Shown one piece after another: positions 42,852 through 46,063 of a stretch of 46,063 nt of DNA. Source of the stretch: a virus; IMG/VR virus record IMGVR_UViG_3300050009_000007, positions 1 to 46,063 of that record; one strand, 5' to 3'. Made by a program: the position numbers and the translations under genes. Every line of letters starts with the position of its first letter. Positions within the stretch are counted from its first letter, which is position 1. Below the pieces are notes generated by a model, which made no database searches, had not been told where the DNA came from, and was given only the letters and a program-made list of their open reading frames with translations.

Positions 42852-43642
42852 TGGTGCGCCTCAACTTTCTGGCGGAACTTTTCAAGCTCTCCCTTGGTGG
42901 TCGGAATGATGGAGTCGGGCAAATCATCCATTGAGCCATCCGGCATAATGACAGATTCATCAATCGCCCATTGCAAAATCTTCTGGTGAATGTCCTTGGT
43001 GACTTCAAAGAAGCGATTGCGGATTTCAGTTGTGACAACGCGGCCAGTGGCCGACGCCTTGGGCGGGTTTCCTCCGTCCTTATCCTCGCCAGCAAACACT
43101 AGCCCGTAAGCGTTTCCCAATACGCGACGATTTGAGAACGTCAGAGCGGCGGCATATTGCTGTGTGTCGCTCATTATCGCCGTGCGTGTCCCAAGCGGGA
43201 ACTTTCCAACGCTGGTCTTGGAATGTCCAAGGGTATGCGTAATCGTCACGCTGGTTATTACCCACCCCGGCTGGCTGGCGACATCCTGGTTGTAGGTGTG
43301 GGTGAAGCCATGTTCGCGCTCGATTGGCCGGATAACTTCCTCAATTTTCTCAATCGGGGCGTATTTGTAAGCGGTCGCTCCCGAACGGTCAGGAACACCC
43401 CTGCCCTTGATGATGACCGGACATTGCGCCTGAAACGCTGACATGGCTTCGTCAAACGCTTGCGCGGCGGCTATGGCTTGATCTTCGCGCAGCATGGCGC
43501 GGAGTTCCTTCACAACCTCAACGGCGGCTTTCGAGTCAACCGCTTTGGTAATCAGTTCTTCGATATTGATGGTTGGCAATATAGGCCGCGCCAATGCTCC
43601 CGGTTTACGTTCCACAACCACCATTTCATTTTGTTTGTTCAT
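42848..43642 (-). CDS. ERF-family single-strand annealing protein
   Basis: YKYAPIEKIEEVIRPIEREHGF and MSDTQQYAAALTFSNRRVLGNAYGLVFAGEDKDG align by eye with P22 Erf (YKYRSCEDILEGVKPLL...; ...SSYARKYCLNGLFGIDDAKDAD). Confidence 0.8.
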   Translation of the reverse strand: MNKQNEMVVVERKPGALARPILPTINIEELITKAVDSKAAVEVVKELRAMLREDQAIAAAQAFDEAMSAFQAQCPVIIKGRGVPDRSGATAYKYAPIEKIEEVIRPIEREHGFTHTYNQDVASQPGWVITSVTITHTLGHSKTSVGKFPLGTRTAIMSDTQQYAAALTFSNRRVLGNAYGLVFAGEDKDGGNPPKASATGRVVTTEIRNRFFEVTKDIHQKILQWAIDESVIMPDGSMDDLPDSIIPTTKGELEKFRQKVEAHQ

Positions 43643-43664
43643 ATTGGGTTTGGTTCACCGCAAG

Positions 43665-43895
43665 TTAATCCCGCGCCGTCTCGCTGCCTTCCGACATACC
43701 GCGAACGGTGGGAACAGGCGTTTTGGGACACGGCGTGGGAAAGTTTAATGCGCTGGCCAGCATTTCGTTTTGCTTGGTCAGGCCGTCGCAAAGAGTTACA
43801 ATCATTCGTAATTCTTCGAAGGCAGAAAATAGGTCCACGGTTTTCATCCTCTCTTGGACGAACGCTTTTATTGCTGGCGTGTTGTCAATGCTCAT
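43665..43895 (-). CDS. Hypothetical protein (76 aa)
   Basis: Clean ORF with no motif. Confidence 0.45.
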   Translation of the reverse strand: MSIDNTPAIKAFVQERMKTVDLFSAFEELRMIVTLCDGLTKQNEMLASALNFPTPCPKTPVPTVRGMSEGSETARD

Positions 43896-43898
43896 AAA

Positions 43899-44084
43899 TT
43901 ATTTTATCTTGCTGATTTTAGACGCCCAAAAACGGGTCATTTTCTTTTGGCCGGGAAGTAATACCAGCCCGTCGCGTCCATTGAATTGAGGGTGTATCCC
44001 GATTAGCTTCCCAACCAATTGCAATCCCTTGAAGTTCACAATTACTTTCTGGCCAATCAGGGGTTTGAGTTCGTTTGCTGTCAT
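43899..44084 (-). CDS. Hypothetical protein (61 aa)
   Basis: GAGGAAG SD-like sequence 8 nt upstream of the ATG. GQKVIVNFKGLQLVGKLIGI is vaguely Sm/KOW-like. Confidence 0.45.
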   Translation of the reverse strand: MTANELKPLIGQKVIVNFKGLQLVGKLIGIHPQFNGRDGLVLLPGQKKMTRFWASKISKIK

Positions 44085-44160
44085 GCGTGTATCTTCCTCT
44101 ATATCTATAGATTGTCAATGCAAAAGTGCGTTTATTTTAATCTCTCCATCCCCCTGCCCG

Positions 44161-44475
44161 TCAGCGGGTTGGGTGTTTGCGCTTCGGCAACAGCGATTTC
44201 AGAAAGGCTAGTTCTTCACGGGCGGCGGCTTTGAATGCGCCGGAACGCTTGCCTATGTTAAAGTAATTCCAGTTAGCCTCTCCCCACGGCGAACCCCAGC
44301 AATCACTTTGTTTAGTTTCTGCCATCACCGGACATCCCTCACAAGGGCCGGGAAACAGTTTGCAAAGCGGGCAGTAATGGCCAGACGGTTTTTCTCCGCG
44401 TTTTGTTTTTCCAGTGGCCAACCTGCGCCAATGCGCGATGGATTGTTTAAGTGCTTTCAGTGTTTTGGCGTTCAT
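44161..44475 (-). CDS. Cys-rich small protein (104 aa)
   Basis: Internal ATG (44473-44475) with an ATGA overlap to the upstream gene. HYCPLCKLFPGPCEGCPV...C cluster. Confidence 0.5.
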   Translation of the reverse strand: MNAKTLKALKQSIAHWRRLATGKTKRGEKPSGHYCPLCKLFPGPCEGCPVMAETKQSDCWGSPWGEANWNYFNIGKRSGAFKAAAREELAFLKSLLPKRKHPTR

Positions 44476-44693
44476 ATCATCACCTCCGCGCCGGGTAATG
44501 CGTTCAGGTTGCGAACCAGCACGGCCAGCCGCGACGCCTGACGCACTTCGTAACGCTTTCCGTCCGGGCAATGGACAACCCCGCTTGCCCCGCTGCAAAT
44601 GATGCGCAAACAGGCAACCCGGAACTGGCGTTGAGGATGGACATAATCCACGGCAACCCGCTTGCCATTGTATTCGGCTATGTGTGCGCTCAT
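44472..44693 (-). CDS. Hypothetical protein (73 aa)
   Basis: ATG 44691-44693 with an ATGA overlap to the upstream gene. Confidence 0.45.
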   Translation of the reverse strand: MSAHIAEYNGKRVAVDYVHPQRQFRVACLRIICSGASGVVHCPDGKRYEVRQASRLAVLVRNLNALPGAEVMI

Positions 44694-44902
44694 CGCGTTC
44701 CTTTCTCCGCATACTCGCGCAAGGTCTGAGCCAAATTTGGGTAGTTCCATTGCTCGGCTATTTCCTCAAGAACAGCGAGGCTGGCCGTGTCGTTGCGGTA
44801 AAGGGTTTCAGCGTCAAACACCTCAACAATCGCGTTTAGCTGTCGCGTTTCCGGCGTCGTGCCTATGCGGACGCGAGGCCAGGGGTATTTTGAGTTTTCC
44901 AT
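44690..44902 (-). CDS. Small acidic hypothetical protein (70 aa)
   Basis: ATG 44900-44902 lies 7 nt after AAGGAA. It sits immediately downstream of pentapeptide paralog B. Confidence 0.5.
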   Translation of the reverse strand: MENSKYPWPRVRIGTTPETRQLNAIVEVFDAETLYRNDTASLAVLEEIAEQWNYPNLAQTLREYAEKGTR

Positions 44903-44913
44903 AATCATTTTCC

Positions 44914-45630
44914 TTAGTTGTAGTCAATCGCCTCTTGTTTGCTGATAAAAAAGTGGATTCCGTTTGAGCATTCCACCAGCGGGTTAGGGTCGTAGGTGTC
45001 CGGCTTGACCGTCTCGCCAACCTTGTATTCCATGCCGTTATGCTGGCTTTGACCGTTGCCCTCAAGCACCACGGCAAATTCAGCGCGACATTTGCGGCCA
45101 ATAAAACCGCCAACACGTTTTGCTTTCGCCGGAATTTGCAGTTTGCAAATCACCCCATCACACAATTTCTTCCAGCCAACTAAATCACCGTCCGGCACAA
45201 TCGTCCTGACAGCTAAAAGTTTTAGAAGGTCTGCGCCTGACAGGTATGCGCGTGACAGGTCTGCGCCTGACAGGTCTGCGCGTGACAGGTCTGCGCCTGA
45301 CAGGTTTGCGCCTGACAGGTTTGCGCCTGACAGGTCTGCGCCTGACAGGTCTGCGCGTGACAGGTTTGCGCCTGACAGGTCTGCGCCTGACAGGTTTGCG
45401 CCTGACAGGTCTGCGCGTGACAGGTCTGCGCCTGACAGGTCTGCGCCTGACAGGTTTGCGCCTGACAGGTCTGCGCCTGACAGGTTTGCGCCTGACAGGC
45501 TTGCGCCTGACAGGTATGCGCCTGACAGGTCTGCGCCTGACAGGTTTGCGCCTGCCTCGCCTATATTTTCTTCGTCGGATTCAAACAGGATTATTTCGCT
45601 ATTCCAGCGTGAGACGATTTTAATTTTCAT
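44914..45630 (-). CDS. Pentapeptide-repeat protein, paralog B (238 aa)
   Basis: About 22 consecutive A(D/N/Y/S)LS(G/R) pentapeptides flanked by a 27-aa N-terminal segment and a ~100-aa C-terminal domain ([24 protein letters not shown]). Confidence 0.9.
   Translation of the reverse strand: MKIKIVSRWNSEIILFESDEENIGEAGANLSGADLSGAYLSGASLSGANLSGADLSGANLSGADLSGADLSRADLSGANLSGADLSGANLSRADLSGADLSGANLSGANLSGADLSRADLSGADLSRAYLSGADLLKLLAVRTIVPDGDLVGWKKLCDGVICKLQIPAKAKRVGGFIGRKCRAEFAVVLEGNGQSQHNGMEYKVGETVKPDTYDPNPLVECSNGIHFFISKQEAIDYN
45228..45554. repeat. 15-bp tandem repeat array (21 full units plus a partial unit), the coding DNA of the paralog B pentapeptides
   Basis: Same unit as 301..552 but five units longer and with a different order of unit variants. 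Confidence 0.95.
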
Positions 45631-45725
45631 AATTTTGCGTTGAGTTGGGGGTTATTAGTCATTTTCGCCGGTCATGTCGCGTTCAAAACCGGCGCGCCGT
45701 CGTTCGCGTTTGGTTTTTCATAATT

Positions 45726-46063
45726 TTAGTTGTAGTTGTAGTCATTCGCCTCTTGTTTGCTGATAAAAAAGTGGATTCCGTTTGAGCATTCCACCAGCGG
45801 GTTAGGGTCGTAGGTGTCCGGCTTGACCGTCTCGCCAACCTTGTATTCCATGCCGTTATGCTGGCTTTGACCGTTGCCCTCAAGCACCACGGCAAATTCA
45901 GCGCGACATTTGCGGCCAATAAAACCGCCAACACGTTTTGCTTTCGCCGGAATTTGCAGTTTGCAAATCACCCCATCACACAATTTCTTCCAGCCAACTA
46001 AATCACCGTCCGGCACAATCGTCCTGACAGCTAAAAGTTTTAGAAGGTCTGCGCCTGACAGGT
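45726..46063 (-). CDS. Pentapeptide-repeat protein paralog A, C-terminal part (runs off the window end; continues at 319..628 if circular; 215 aa in total)
   Basis: The stop is at 45726-45728 (rc). The C-terminus ...[17 protein letters not shown] differs from paralog B (...QEAIDYN). 45746..46063 is identical to 1..318. Confidence 0.8.
   Translation of the reverse strand, partial: LSGADLLKLLAVRTIVPDGDLVGWKKLCDGVICKLQIPAKAKRVGGFIGRKCRAEFAVVLEGNGQSQHNGMEYKVGETVKPDTYDPNPLVECSNGIHFFISKQEANDYNYN
45746..46063. repeat. 318-bp terminal overlap with 1..318 (circular closure or terminal redundancy)
   Basis: The sequence is identical by eye over the full 318 bp. Confidence 0.85.

Noticed and set aside
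44085-44118. A perfect TTGACA (- strand, rc of 44113..44118) plus the palindrome CTATA-TC-TATAG (44099..44110) upstream of gene 43899..44084, a possible internal promoter and operator.
   Set aside because: No acceptable -10 hexamer lies 16-18 nt downstream; the best is AAGATA. Host promoter rules are unknown. It is too weak to call as a feature.
45726-46063. A possible third tandem pentapeptide paralog at the window end.
   Set aside because: The last 318 bp equal the first 318 bp of the window exactly. The simplest reading is that this is the same gene as 1..628 seen across a circular junction. This cannot be fully excluded without reads.

Overview
The window looks like one complete tailed-phage genome of about 45.7 kb. 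Bases 1..318 are identical to 45746..46063, so it closes on itself. No sheath gene is seen, so the tail looks siphovirus-like. No integrase, repressor, tRNA or CRISPR array was found.

Layout:
- The + strand (1241..30851) carries the packaging, head, tail and accessory genes. In order: putative small terminase, an 850-nt poorly coding gap, TerL, portal, an S78-type prohead protease/scaffold fusion, major capsid, an FkbM-methyltransferase/glycosyltransferase fusion, Mu-like connector proteins, a tail tube candidate, a chaperone with an A9 -1 frameshift site, tape measure, an Ig-domain protein, and two giant Asn/Thr-rich fibre-like proteins.
- These are followed by a translationally coupled envelope cassette (two membrane proteins, a lipoprotein with a Cys-phosphatase motif, and an outer-membrane beta-barrel). 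A second small unit follows it (zinc ribbon, metallophosphoesterase, DUF1353-like).
- The - strand (31072..46063, continuing into 1..915) carries the early genes: two tandem pentapeptide-repeat paralogs, many small Cys-rich proteins, an ERF annealase, a PD-(D/E)XK exonuclease, two HNH-like endonucleases, a C5 DNA methyltransferase, a replication organiser, a DnaC-like loader, VRR-NUC, a beta sliding clamp, an SLT-like transglycosylase and a PAPS-reductase-like enzyme.

Most notable observations:
- The tandem pentapeptide-repeat genes are built from near-perfect 15-bp DNA repeats and differ by exactly 5 units.
- The envelope-spanning four-gene cassette includes a lipoprotein phosphatase.
- A methyltransferase/glycosyltransferase gene sits inside the virion operon.
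- Sec-type signal peptides occur on proteins of the virion module.
- Exact or near-exact direct repeats bracket gene cassettes in the early region.

All family assignments come from motifs read by eye. No HMM or BLAST search was run. The host is unknown; it is inferred to be diderm from the lipobox and beta-barrel genes.
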